Assembly: GCA_973895155.1 (NCBI GenBank)
Contig: OZ316894.1
Span: forward strand, 9,262,234-9,326,233
Reading direction: 5' to 3'
Length of the DNA: 64,000 bases
DNA from: Marsupella aquatica
Lineage: Eukaryota > Plantae > Marchantiophyta
Shown here: positions 53,700 through 64,000 of the stretch, piece by piece
Numbering within the stretch: position 1 is the stretch's first letter
How the letters are laid out: every line of letters begins with the position of its first letter
Notes under the pieces: model-generated
What the model was told of the DNA's origin: nothing
Database searches by the model: none
The model's input: only the letters and a program-made list of their open reading frames with translations
Position numbers and translations under genes: made by a program

Positions 53700-54630
53700 T
53701 TGTTTGTTGGATCTTTTTGGTGGGATTAGCACTGGATTGGCTGCTGTTCTTCAGGCAGGAATTCCTGTGCGTCGTTATTTGTATGTGGAGACAGATGAGA
53801 CAACACGAAGGGTCTCATTGCGACATGTGGCTATGTTGGTGGATAGATATCCACAGTTGCTGCCAGTGGATGCTGTTCGTGGTTATCAGCATGCACTACC
53901 TGCTGATATTTTATTGTTGGGGGCGGATCATCTACATCGTGTTGGCCCCATTGATGTGGTGATTGCTGGTTGGCCATGTCAGGGCCAATCTAGAGCTGGC
54001 ATTGGGCATGGACTTCATGATCCACGTTCTGCATTATTTTGGGAGATGTTACGGGTGCTGCGTCATCTCCAGCTACATCAGACACAGTCTCCAGCATACA
54101 TTTTGGAGAATGTGCCATTGTTAGGTGATGATCGTAGTCGGATTGTTGCCAGTGTTCACCAGGTGAGGTCTTGGATTGGACCTGCTGTGTTATTGGATGC
54201 TGCACGTGTGGGTTCTTGTGCACATCATCCACGCTTGTGGTGGACTAATTTGATCCCATGTGAGGTGCTGAAGCGCGCATTTGACAATATTCCACGCTCA
54301 CCAGCCTTAGTGGTGGATGATATTTTGGATCCAGGGCGTCGTGCACAGGGTGTGACCCAACCTGATAGACCTCCATTGGCAATGGTCAATGCAGTTGGGT
54401 GCCCACGTTGTGCATTACCCACTCTTGTAAGCCACTCTGCTTCATATGCATTCAGAGCAGGTGGCCCTGGACTTGTATGGGACACAGCTCTCCAGCAGTT
54501 AGTGGAGCCTACTGCTGATGAGAGAGAGCGTGCTATGGGATTTTTGACTAACACCACTGCAGTTGCCTCTGTGTCAGAGGGTTTGCGGCGCCAGGTTCTT
54601 GGTCAAGCAATGGATTTGAATTGTTTGACT
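53700..54630 (+). other. DNMT3-like C5 cytosine DNA methyltransferase domain within pol
   Basis: Motif I LDLFGGISTG, II VETD, IV AGWPCQG (catalytic PC at about 53974), VI ENV (about 54106), VIII AHHPRLWWTN, IX ERERAMGF, X RRQVLGQAMD, in canonical order. Confidence 0.9.
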
Positions 54631-57600
54631 TGGATTATCAGCTTGGGAGTAGCTGAACAGTTGCGGATGCGCTCTGCCGGAATTACTGATTGTCCCTTGG
54701 TGAGCTTGCGGTCCACTGAGATAGTATTGACCACAGCTGGGGGCGAGCAGACAGTCCATGGACCTATGACAGGATTGGCGGCTGGACAGATTGTTGAGCA
54801 GGAAGGGACTGCTCAATCTACTGCTAAATAGCAATCATCGGCTATCTCTTCTACCCTACAAAGAGATATTAGGGATTTGGTGGAGAGTTGGGAACCATAG
54901 CTTGGCCCTAAGTTAACAGGGGAGGAGAGACGTCGCATGCATCAATTCCTGAAGAGTTATTGGAATTGTTTTGCATTCAGCATGAAGGATTTGGGAACAT
55001 TGAAGGGCCCTGGTATTCAGATTGAATTGGCTAGTGATGCGCCAATCTTTCGTAGGCCATACCGTTATAGTGACATGGAGAGAGCTCTGATTCAAAGCAG
55101 AACTCAAAATTTGTTGGAGGCTGGATTGGTGGAGATTTCATATGGGGAGTATGCATCTGCCACAGTGATGCCAGCCAAGAAGGATGTGCATGGCAATTAC
55201 ACAGATAGGCGCATGTGTGGTGATTACAGACCTATTAATCGCCAGACAAAATCTGATCGATATGCCATGCCCACACCTGAGGAGATCTTTGATGCTGTGG
55301 GGCATGCAAAGGTTTTCAGTTCATTGGATCTGAGGGCAGGATACCATCAGCTTCCAATTAGGCATGCTGACAAGTCCAAGACAGCATTCTGGGGGATTGA
55401 TTCTTATGGCAAAGATCGTTTGTATCAATGGTTATTCTTACCATTTGGGTTGAAGAATGCACCAGCTGAGTTCCAGAGAGTCATGGATCGAATCCTTGCA
55501 GGTTTGGATTTTGTCAGATGTTATATTGATGATATTTTGGTCTATTCTTCTACTGTGGAAGAACATCAGCAGCACTTGCAGACTGTGTTGGAGAGATTGA
55601 GAGCACATGGGTTGAAGCTCCATCCTAGCAAGTGTAAGTTCTTCCAAGACCAGATTGAGTATTTGGGCCACACCATATACCCAGGGGGATTGGGTGTACA
55701 ACAGACTAAAGTGGAAGCCATTACACAGATTCTTTGTCCTACTGATGTGAGTAGAGTTCGTGCATTCTTGGGATTGGCGAGCTATTACAGGAGGTATGTT
55801 AAAGGATTTAGCCAGCTTGCTAAACCTTTGACCATACTCACTAAGTTGGATCAGGAATGGATTTGGGGTGATGACCAGGAGCATGCCTTTCAGGAGTTGA
55901 AGCATAGGTTGGCATCATCCCCTATTTTGAGAAGACCCATTTCAGGCAGACCATTTCAGCTACACACTGATTGGAGTGGAATAGGACTTGGAGCAGTGCT
56001 GACTCAGAAGGATGATGAGGGGAATGAGTTTGTTGTGGCTTATGCCAGTAGATCAAACAATTCAGCAGAGGCTAAGTATAGCTCTTATGAGGGAGAGTGT
56101 TTGGCAGCAGTGTGGGCTGTTGCACACTTTCGTTGCTACTTGTTTGGTAACCCCTTCACCTTGATCACTGATCATCAGCCTCTTAAGTGGTTAATGGAGT
56201 CTGACAAGCTTACAGGGAAGCTTGCACGATGGGCATTATTGTTACACGAGTATGATTTCCAGGTGGTGCATAGGCCTGGAAAAGTGAACTTGGATGCAGA
56301 TGGATTAAGCCGCAATCCATGTACCAGTCAGCAGGATAAGACTGGAGCCAGATGGCATGATGAGTCAGATAAGGAGATGGTGCCAGGATGGCATGCATCT
56401 GCCTTTCTTTGTTGGGTGCCAGCATACAGTGGATCTGTGGACTCTACCTCATTGGATGGAGTGGGTGATGAGTCTTCAGATGTGGATGTTGGTGAGGTAA
56501 CTTCTGGACAACAAGATATTCACAATGATGTGAGAGTGTTGGAATATCTGCGCAATAGTTCTATTGTTGGCAGTGTTGATGCCAAGGAACGTGACAGGGT
56601 TCTACAGAGAGCCAAGAGGTTTCGATGGGAGGGAAACCATCTTTTGAGAGTACTGCATGATGGTAGGATGTTGGTGGTACCAAAACCATCACAACGAGTA
56701 CATTTGGTGCGACATGCGCACGAGGAGTTGGGTCACTTTGGTGTGAAGCGCACTTACAACTTGCTGCAGACACAGTATTGGTGGCGTGGTATGCACACTC
56801 ATGTCTAGCAGTTGATAGCTAAGTGTGTGGTATGTGACAGAGTGAGAGCATCATTTAATGCTCCCACTCCCCAGTTGCACCCATTACCGATCATGGGTTT
56901 GGGATATCATTGGAGTTTGGATTTTGCTGGTCCATTACCTCTTACCCAACGTCATAATCGGTATGTTTTGGTCATGGTGGAGCACTTCTCCAAGTGGATT
57001 GAGCTAGTGGCGTTGCCAGATAAAGCCAGTAGAGGAGTTGCTGCTACATTTTTGGATCGTGTACTCAGTCATTTTGGAGCACCAGCTGAGGTGTTGACTG
57101 ATCAGGGAACTGAGTTCCATAGAGAGTTTGAGAGTTTGTGTGAACAAGCTCTGATTGATCATTGATCATCGCACTACCTCTCGTGATCATCCTGAGGCAG
57201 ATGGATTAGCTGAGAGAGTTGTGCAAACTATGAAGAGAGGATTGCGTAAGTATGGCTTGCAGGTTGGTCATCTGGGAGATTGGGATCTCCAGCTACCTTG
57301 GTTAGCTATGGGCTACCGTTTCAGTCGGCAAACATCACTTGCATCCTTCTCACCCTACTTTTTGCTCTATGGTAGAGAGCCAGATTTGCCAGCAGCTATT
57401 CATCGTCATGCTGCACCAGTTGTGAACTTGGATGATCCTGATGTTTGGGTCAAGGTGTGTTCAGAGAGAGCACGGGTATTTCAGAGAGTGATGCCCATGG
57501 CTTTTGACAACCTTGCCATTGCCCAACATCGTGATACTTTGAGGTATGCCACTATTCGTGGAGGAGGTTACCGTGCAAGCATTCGACGATTTCATCCTGG

Positions 57601-57822
57601 TGATTATGTTTATTTGCAGCAGACAGCACCCACGACACTTGATGTGACCGCATGCCGGACAATCTTACGTGTGCGTGAAGTGTTGCCTTCTGGTGTCCTG
57701 ATGTTGGAGGGACGCGATGGTATGGTTTGGAAGGATCATGTGCGCAACTGTGCACCATGTCACCTTCCCAACATTGATGGTACAGTAGATCCAAGCTTGG
57801 CACATGTTCGTGCTGGCTTGAA

Positions 57823-57961
57823 ATGTATGTTGTGTGGATCTGCTCAGGGAGCAACTACTATGTTGATTTGTGATAAGTGTTCTAGAGGATGGCACATGTC
57901 ATGTTTGACACCACCATTGCAGGTGATTCCTAGTGGATCATGGTTGTGTCCTCAGTGTCGG
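57823..57961 (+). other. PHD finger at the integrase C terminus
   Basis: C4HC3 pattern CMLC...MLICDKCSRGWHMSCLTPPL...GSWLCPQC. Confidence 0.93.
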
Positions 57962-58445
57962 TGAAGCCGACTAGTTATCATTTGTGTTCTCTTGGCAGAT
58001 ATGGATTGCAGGTAGGTGATCGATGGGGCTCACTTGCACCCGGCCTCCTGATCTTCACACCTAAAAAGGTGTATATCAACCTTGTAGAACTCATGGCTAG
58101 CTAGAGTTAGGGGACCTTACTCCCAGCTAGGGGGGCGATTGTGGGTTTTGGACATGTGTGGACATGAGTTCCACTTGTATTCCATTCTCTTGTATTTGTG
58201 ATGTGGCAGTGTGACTATGTCTGGATGTATGTGACAAGCGATGTATGTTGTGTAGCGATATGTATGCGCACGCATCATGCCTGCCCTATCGCAATGCAAG
58301 GGAGCCAGCCCCCGAGCCAGCCTAGTACTCCCTTAATCATCATCATGGGAAGGAGTCAGCCCAGGTCAGGGTAGAACAAGCCAGGGTAGAACAAGCCAGG
58401 GTTTGGCACGGCCAATAGTGCCTCACCATGTGTCATGCAATCAGT

Positions 58446-58589
58446 AGGGAACTACCTCAGGTTAAATACATGAGTTAAAGTTAACCCATATACAGAAAGG
58501 GGGTTGACTTAGGAATTAAAATAGTTTGAGGGACAGGTTAGTAATTATGGTCAATTTGGGGGATAGGTTAGTAAAAAATGGTTTGGACA
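58446..58589 (-). repeat. Right terminal inverted repeat
   Basis: The reverse complement aligns colinearly with the left TIR and ends in ...TTTGGACA. Confidence 0.88.
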
Positions 58590-58845
58590 CGAGGATAGGG
58601 ATAAGTCCTATAGTCATGACGGCAATTGCACTAGGAGTTATGATTCTAGCATGCACCTTTTGGGATTCCTGGTGGGAACAATGATTTAAATGTTCTTGAC
58701 AGGTCTCATTTACTGAACTACATGTTGCATGAGCAGTATGATCAGGTTGAATTCGTTGTGAATGGGACACAATACATAAGGGCTTACCTTCTTGTTGATG
58801 GCATTTATCCAAAATGGTGTTGTTTTGTGACAACCATGCACCAGC
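58590..58845 (+). pseudogene. PIF/Harbinger nuclease pseudogene, 3' continuation
   Basis: EDRDK...IVMTAIA...HAPFGIPGGNNDLNVLDRS...FVVNGTQYIRAYLLVDGIYPKW follows AWQGQ in this family. Confidence 0.82.
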
Positions 58846-61086
58846 GATGGAAGAATTTAGATTTAAGGGAATTCTCTCATAGAGTACGTTTCAGCTCAAT
58901 TTGATCCACCAACATGTTATTTTTAATTTGCTGAAATGAAAAGTTGTAGCTTGTGGCCATGCATAATACAAATCAAAGCATTGTGCATGGCTGAATTTCA
59001 CTCGATTTGACTTGCATACCAGGCAATTTGATAAGTGTGTGAATCAATTTCAACTCTAGCTTCACATTAGGCGCCTTTGTTTGAGTTTTGTCTGCCTTCC
59101 CTACATAAGAATTTTGTAGCTCTAATTTTCCCTTTCTTGAAAGGACTACGGAGCAAATCTTTATTCACTCAAGAAATTATCTAGAATGGATGGTACAGCC
59201 CTATTAACAACACAGACAACCTTGATATGATGCTGAAACATCTTACAAAAAGCTCCCCTAGTCTTTTCCAAGCTGCCTTTCTTCTGCCCCAACCCAACAC
59301 ATGATCTTGAGAAGTCTCCATCAAACTCAAACAGGGTTTGTTTCAACTCATCTGGCAATAATTTTCCCTCGTGATGTTGCCATGTCTACATTGCAATGGG
59401 AATGGCCCAATGTGCAATGCAAAGTGCAGAGAAATCAATGGGTGTGAGCCAAGCATGAGTTTTATGTGAAAACAATACACAGAGAAACACTATGCAACAA
59501 TGAATGTGGAAAATGACAACATGGGGCAGACGCAAGGAATGTTTGTGGGAATATTTAAATGCCAACATGTGGCAGTGCCCTAGCTACAATAGCCATGGAT
59601 ATGGTATGAGGGCACGAGAGCAATTTTGGCTCCCCGCAAAGGTGGATTAAATTGGCATCCTCTATTTCATTTTTCCCATACCTGAAAATTGTTTATGAAT
59701 GGTTTTTGTTGTTGTTTGTTTATGAATGGTGATCAGGGTGCAAAAGGATTTTTCTAGTCATCCCCCCAAATGACGGTTTGTAGGCATCTATCCAAAATGT
59801 CCAAATAATTAATCCGTGGACCCCCATGTTACTTTAGAGGCAGTTATCTAGAAGCTGAAGCCTAGATGGACCTCCAAATCTAAAGGAAAAAAACTCAAAA
59901 ATGGACAAGTCAATGTTTGACACTTGAAATAGTTGCCAAACTTACCAAGGCAACCATAATTAACATCAATTAACGGTGCTTGACGGTTTCCTCCACGGTA
60001 CCAAAGGGATGCCAGATGCACTCAAGTTGCATTGAAAGTAATCCCTTTTCAATTCCTACACGCAATTGACAAAGAGAGAGAAATCATCGGTGTCATCAAA
60101 TCACTAACTTTGCATAATTGTTTAAGACAAAAACTTTCATGGAAACAATTTCCAATTGTGGAATTCGGAATCGATCGAAAGCTAGAGAAATTTAGAAACT
60201 CATGACCACTTTAGTACTTGATAAAATCTCCCAATGTTACACTCATTGGAAAGCTAGAGAACATTGGAAACTTATAATCTCTTCTAAAGAAAAAGCTAAA
60301 GAAATTCTAAAATTCATATTCTCCTTAGTACTCGATAAAATCTGTCAATATTAGGTTCATTCTCATGGAAGGGGTCAACATTTCAGGGGTTGTACAACAC
60401 AGATTTCTATTCACGTTAGAGATTATGAAATCACGGGTAAAATTTCTTTTTTAAATTACTTACTCAATTCTTATCAAATGATGAAAATGCTGAGCTCATT
60501 AGTATCGTCTCTTCAAGATCTTTCTAACACCATATTATATGTGAGTTTTCATTATGATTTGACTCAACAATGTCAAATTAAAAATTGCTACTGGGAAAAT
60601 TTTATGTTTTGAATAAAATCAAAATGTAAATTAAACCGTTAATGGGAGCAATTTTACCTCAATCTTTTTGTCTTTTGATTCGTATGTCAGTTTTTTTACA
60701 TTCTTTTTATGGCATGGCGTCCCAATTTTTACAGCAAACCTGCCACAAACACGAATGCAGAAGTTAATTTTATCCAAAAACAAGTCTCTTCCTATTTGTA
60801 GCATGTGCTGATGATGTGGCGTGTTGTGGAGCCAGGAATTTTGGAAAGGACCCCTAATGGGGGTCCATAAAGAAAAGAATATCCATTTTTCACCATGAAT
60901 GACAAACACAGGTTTAGGGTTTAGGTTTTCACACTTGACAGGACCTTAAACTCAACCCTCAAAGTCTTGTTGGGGCATGAATGGGAGGATAGAGTACTTC
61001 AATCTCAATCTGTGATAGCCTGTGGAACTTTGCTCTAAAGGAATACCCCTTAAACCATCTACCCTAAGGTTTCTCCACACTCATAA

Positions 61087-61745
61087 TGTTAGGCATTTAC
61101 TCTTAGATCTAAAGTTATGACTATAATAGTAGTTAAGGATGACCTTAGTTGCAGACTAGGTTTGGTTAACTAGGTTGCACACTATATCCCAAGTGATGTT
61201 TGCTTGGATAGAAAACACTCAGCCTCATTGTTACAAAGGCAATTGAGAGATAAGATGATCTAACTTGTATTACAAAGATTTGATATGGCCGACAAGCCTA
61301 GATAGCAATATTAAAGCTCTTGTGTGTACCCATGGACGTAGCCTGGTCTGCGGTGAACCACATATCTCTCTGTGTTGACTACTTGTGTATTGGATTTTCA
61401 TGGGCTTGCCATTGTGGATGTTATTTGTGCTCAACAATTGGTATCAGAGCGATCTGAAGGCCTACAGGCTATGGGATCCTATTTCTTGTAAGCTTCTTGT
61501 CAATAGGGATATTTTTTTCAATGAATCCAGACCCGAATCCAAATTATTGAAGGAGAGTGAGGATACTCAAATCTCTCATACTGAAAAATAAATATCTCCA
61601 TCCCAAACTTGTTGAGGGGGAGATTGATCATGAGGTGCATAATAGGAGAGAAGGAGGTGCTCCAAGCATGAAGCTGGTTTTTGTGCCATAGAAATAGGAG
61701 TGCGTTTATTCATGTTGGTGAGCAGCAAGTGGATGCTAGTGGTGG
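61087..61745 (+). mobile_element. Internally deleted Copia derivative: 5' LTR 61087-61436, tRNA-iMet PBS 61439-61450, then an integrase C-terminal fragment
   Basis: TGTTAGG...CTCAACA LTR of the same family. TGGTATCAGAGC is followed at once by KAYRLWDPISCKLLVNRDIFFNES, homologous to the reverse complement of about 36700-36960. Confidence 0.85.
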
Positions 61746-64000
61746 ACTTGGCCACCCAGTGCCCTCATCAATCCCAACACTCTTGCCTAAGTGCTCTTGA
61801 TGCCCAGGCACATGGAACTCCTTGAGGAAGAAACTTGATGCCTCTATCACCATGCGGCCACTAGTGGCAAGTTCTATTCTAAGTTGCACTTGCTCCCTAA
61901 CATGACCATTGCTCAACAATCCTCATTGTCTACACAAGCATCCAAACATATTAGTAAGTAACCCATGAGGATCTAGGAACTCCAAAACCATTGTCTTGAC
62001 TCAAGCTCAACAGACGTTAGTAAGTAGGTCAAAACCTAGAACCTCTTGGGTTTGAGTGGCCTTGCCATAAGCCAAAGCCAGAGCCGACAATCTCTGTTTG
62101 TCCAAAATAGCCCCTCTATTGGGTACCTCCTGAGCTTCCCCATTTGCTATTCACCATTGGCTGACCACCCTGCCTCTAGGACATGCTCATGCCCAAATAG
62201 CTAGCTTGTCCCAAACTTCGGGACCAGTTTAGCCCTGACTCTAGCAACCATCTCTAAGGTTCCAACTCAATTGAGAGTCTAGGGAAAAAATGCACTTGGA
62301 CCTCAACACCCATGCTTACTTTGCATTCCCCCCCAATGCAAGCTCCCGTGAGAAACTGAACACGACTTGGCTGTTGTTTTTGTAGGATTTGGCAAGTGGG
62401 CAAGATAGCCCCAACAAACCTTGAGAACCAAAGTCATCCCTAGACCTTACTGAGCTCAAGAGGATGTAGTCTTCCTTGAGAGGTTCCAATGCATCCAAGA
62501 AGTCCTCCAATGGACCTCCCGTTGAGTAGTTATCATCGTTTCCACATGACATTTCCTCTTAGTAGCGTGACTATCACGCTTCACCACTTGGGCTCGTCGC
62601 TAGCTTCCAAGGAGACACCACTCCCCTCACATATGCTTTTGGATACTTGTCACCCCGGACCAACTTTGGTCCCCTATATTTTCCCCTCAACCTGAACTCC
62701 AACCGAATTGCATAGGTGCGCAAATAACTTGTTATGCCCATACCTTTCTAGTTAGTCATCATATTTGAAGTGCTTTAGCCCGTTGTGATCAGGCCAACGC
62801 GGTGCTCATGCCCGAGACCTCAGATTTCATTGTGAGTGGGGGTCCCAAATGGCTACACCTGAGGTACGCCATATCTCCTATGCCAAGCATCCGTTGTACT
62901 TGAAGTGAAGTTCTTTGGCCTTGCGCCCAAGATGAGCTCTCACTCAAGTCTTCGAAACTCAAAATTTTTCTAGGGGTCCGGACAGTCCACCCTAAGCTTG
63001 GCCCTTCCCATGACTTGACCAACACAACTACAATTCTTGAGGGTTTAACGTAATATGAGTTGACGCTAAACACGACGTGAACTTACCCTAAAGCAAAGTC
63101 AATTACAACGACATGAAACTGGGCACGTAAAGAGCCCAGACCCAGACGATCTCATTTACGTCATCCACAACAACGTTTGTTGCCACGTTTTAAGTGACGT
63201 AACATTCTTAACGTAGTTGATTAAGACATTCCAAGGGGAAGAGTTTACTAAGAGAATTCTAGTTGTTTACGTCCTTTAATACGATGTCAGAGTTAATTAC
63301 GTCGTACATAACGTGTTTACACGAGGCCTTATAAACAACATTTAGGTGAGTGTGTGTCGTTGGTCATATGGAACAACGTAATTAACTTAACAACGGCAAA
63401 TGAGACGTTGGATTCTTCCCATAGACGAGGTATACTAAAATTATTTGACTTTTGTGGGGATGTTAATTCCGACGTATGATGTTGCTTAGGGCTCCATGGT
63501 TATGTGGGCAGGTTGTGCGTTTTAGGGGGTAGGGAATACATACAAAATACACAATCAAGTGTTCAAGATCAATACATGCCCATTGTACACAGTTCAATCC
63601 TGGAATGTGGCACCACAACATATGGGTGAGATCAAAATAGAATTGGGAAATTTACAAAATTCAGGAGGAAGTCGTGCAAACAAAACCCTAAACCCTATGA
63701 GCCCCATGCAAAACTGAGGTTCTCTAGTTGATTTTAGATCTATATCAAACAGTGACATCTTGAGGGACCTCAACGCCTGTAAAATGGCAAACTAGGCAAT
63801 CTTGGAGTAGTGATGGTGGGAGAGCCCTTAGAAGGAAGGGGTTCCCACACTTGTGTTCCCCTTCACCCTTTGTGTGGTCCTCACATGTTTTTTTGTTCTC
63901 TTTCCCTTCCCCACCGTAGAAGGGCCACCGTAGAAGGGGCCCTAACACTTTCTTCCTTCCCTTTTTCTCTATTCTCACTTGTGAGGTTTCCATCCATACC

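Larger units (their letters stand above)
50935..57964 (+). pseudogene. Single-frame Gypsy-type polyprotein: gag, two CCHC knuckles, aspartic protease, C5-MTase, RT, RNase H, integrase, PHD. Six in-frame stops and one frameshift
   Basis: ORFs at 50935, 52159, 53323, 53641, 54937 and 56812 share one frame. Knuckles CWTYGGDHAQRYC and CDHCGAPGHTKDRC; protease LLDTGAQ (about 52990); RT LDLRAGYHQ, PFGLKNAP and YIDD (about 55522); RNase H TDWS, ECLA, TDH, DGLSR; integrase H..H..CVVC, SLDF, TDQG, GLAER. A 7-nt duplication (ATTGATC) at about 57153-57166 shifts the frame. Confidence 0.93.
48503..58589 (+). mobile_element. TIR-bounded element encoding a Gypsy-type gag-pol with a DNA methyltransferase and a PHD finger
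   Basis: Ends TGTCCAA...TTGGACA. The left TIR (48503-48996, excluding a nested MITE) matches the reverse complement of 58446-58589. The Harbinger reading frame resumes immediately outside both ends. Confidence 0.8.

Noticed and set aside
61087-61436. Missing 5' LTR of the Copia element at 34386-47260
   Set aside because: It is in the opposite orientation and has its own PBS and internal sequence.
61750-62760. Possible decayed gag-like coding sequence on the minus strand
   Set aside because: No diagnostic motif could be recognised by eye.

Overview
Repeat-rich eukaryotic DNA from a land plant; the gene and transposon types look bryophyte-like, but the species cannot be determined. Three intact-looking host genes lie on the minus strand: a sphingolipid fatty-acid 2-hydroxylase with a fused N-terminal cytochrome b5 domain (8 exons), an intronless Tic20-V, and sorting nexin 2 (5 exons). 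The right half is a nested transposon stack. A Ty1/Copia element is split in gag by an 8-kb non-autonomous CACTA element (3-bp TSD) carrying fragments of a GT8 glucuronyltransferase and a ULP SUMO protease gene. A PIF/Harbinger nuclease pseudogene is split by a 10-kb element, which is the most unusual object here. It encodes a decayed Ty3/Gypsy-type polyprotein (gag, two zinc knuckles, protease, DNMT3-like C5 cytosine methyltransferase, RT, RNase H, integrase, PHD finger). It is bounded by about 145-bp terminal inverted repeats (TGTCCAA...TTGGACA) rather than recognisable direct LTRs, and its leader holds an antisense array of 5S-rRNA-derived Pol III promoter boxes. All calls come from reading motifs by eye; no database searches were run.
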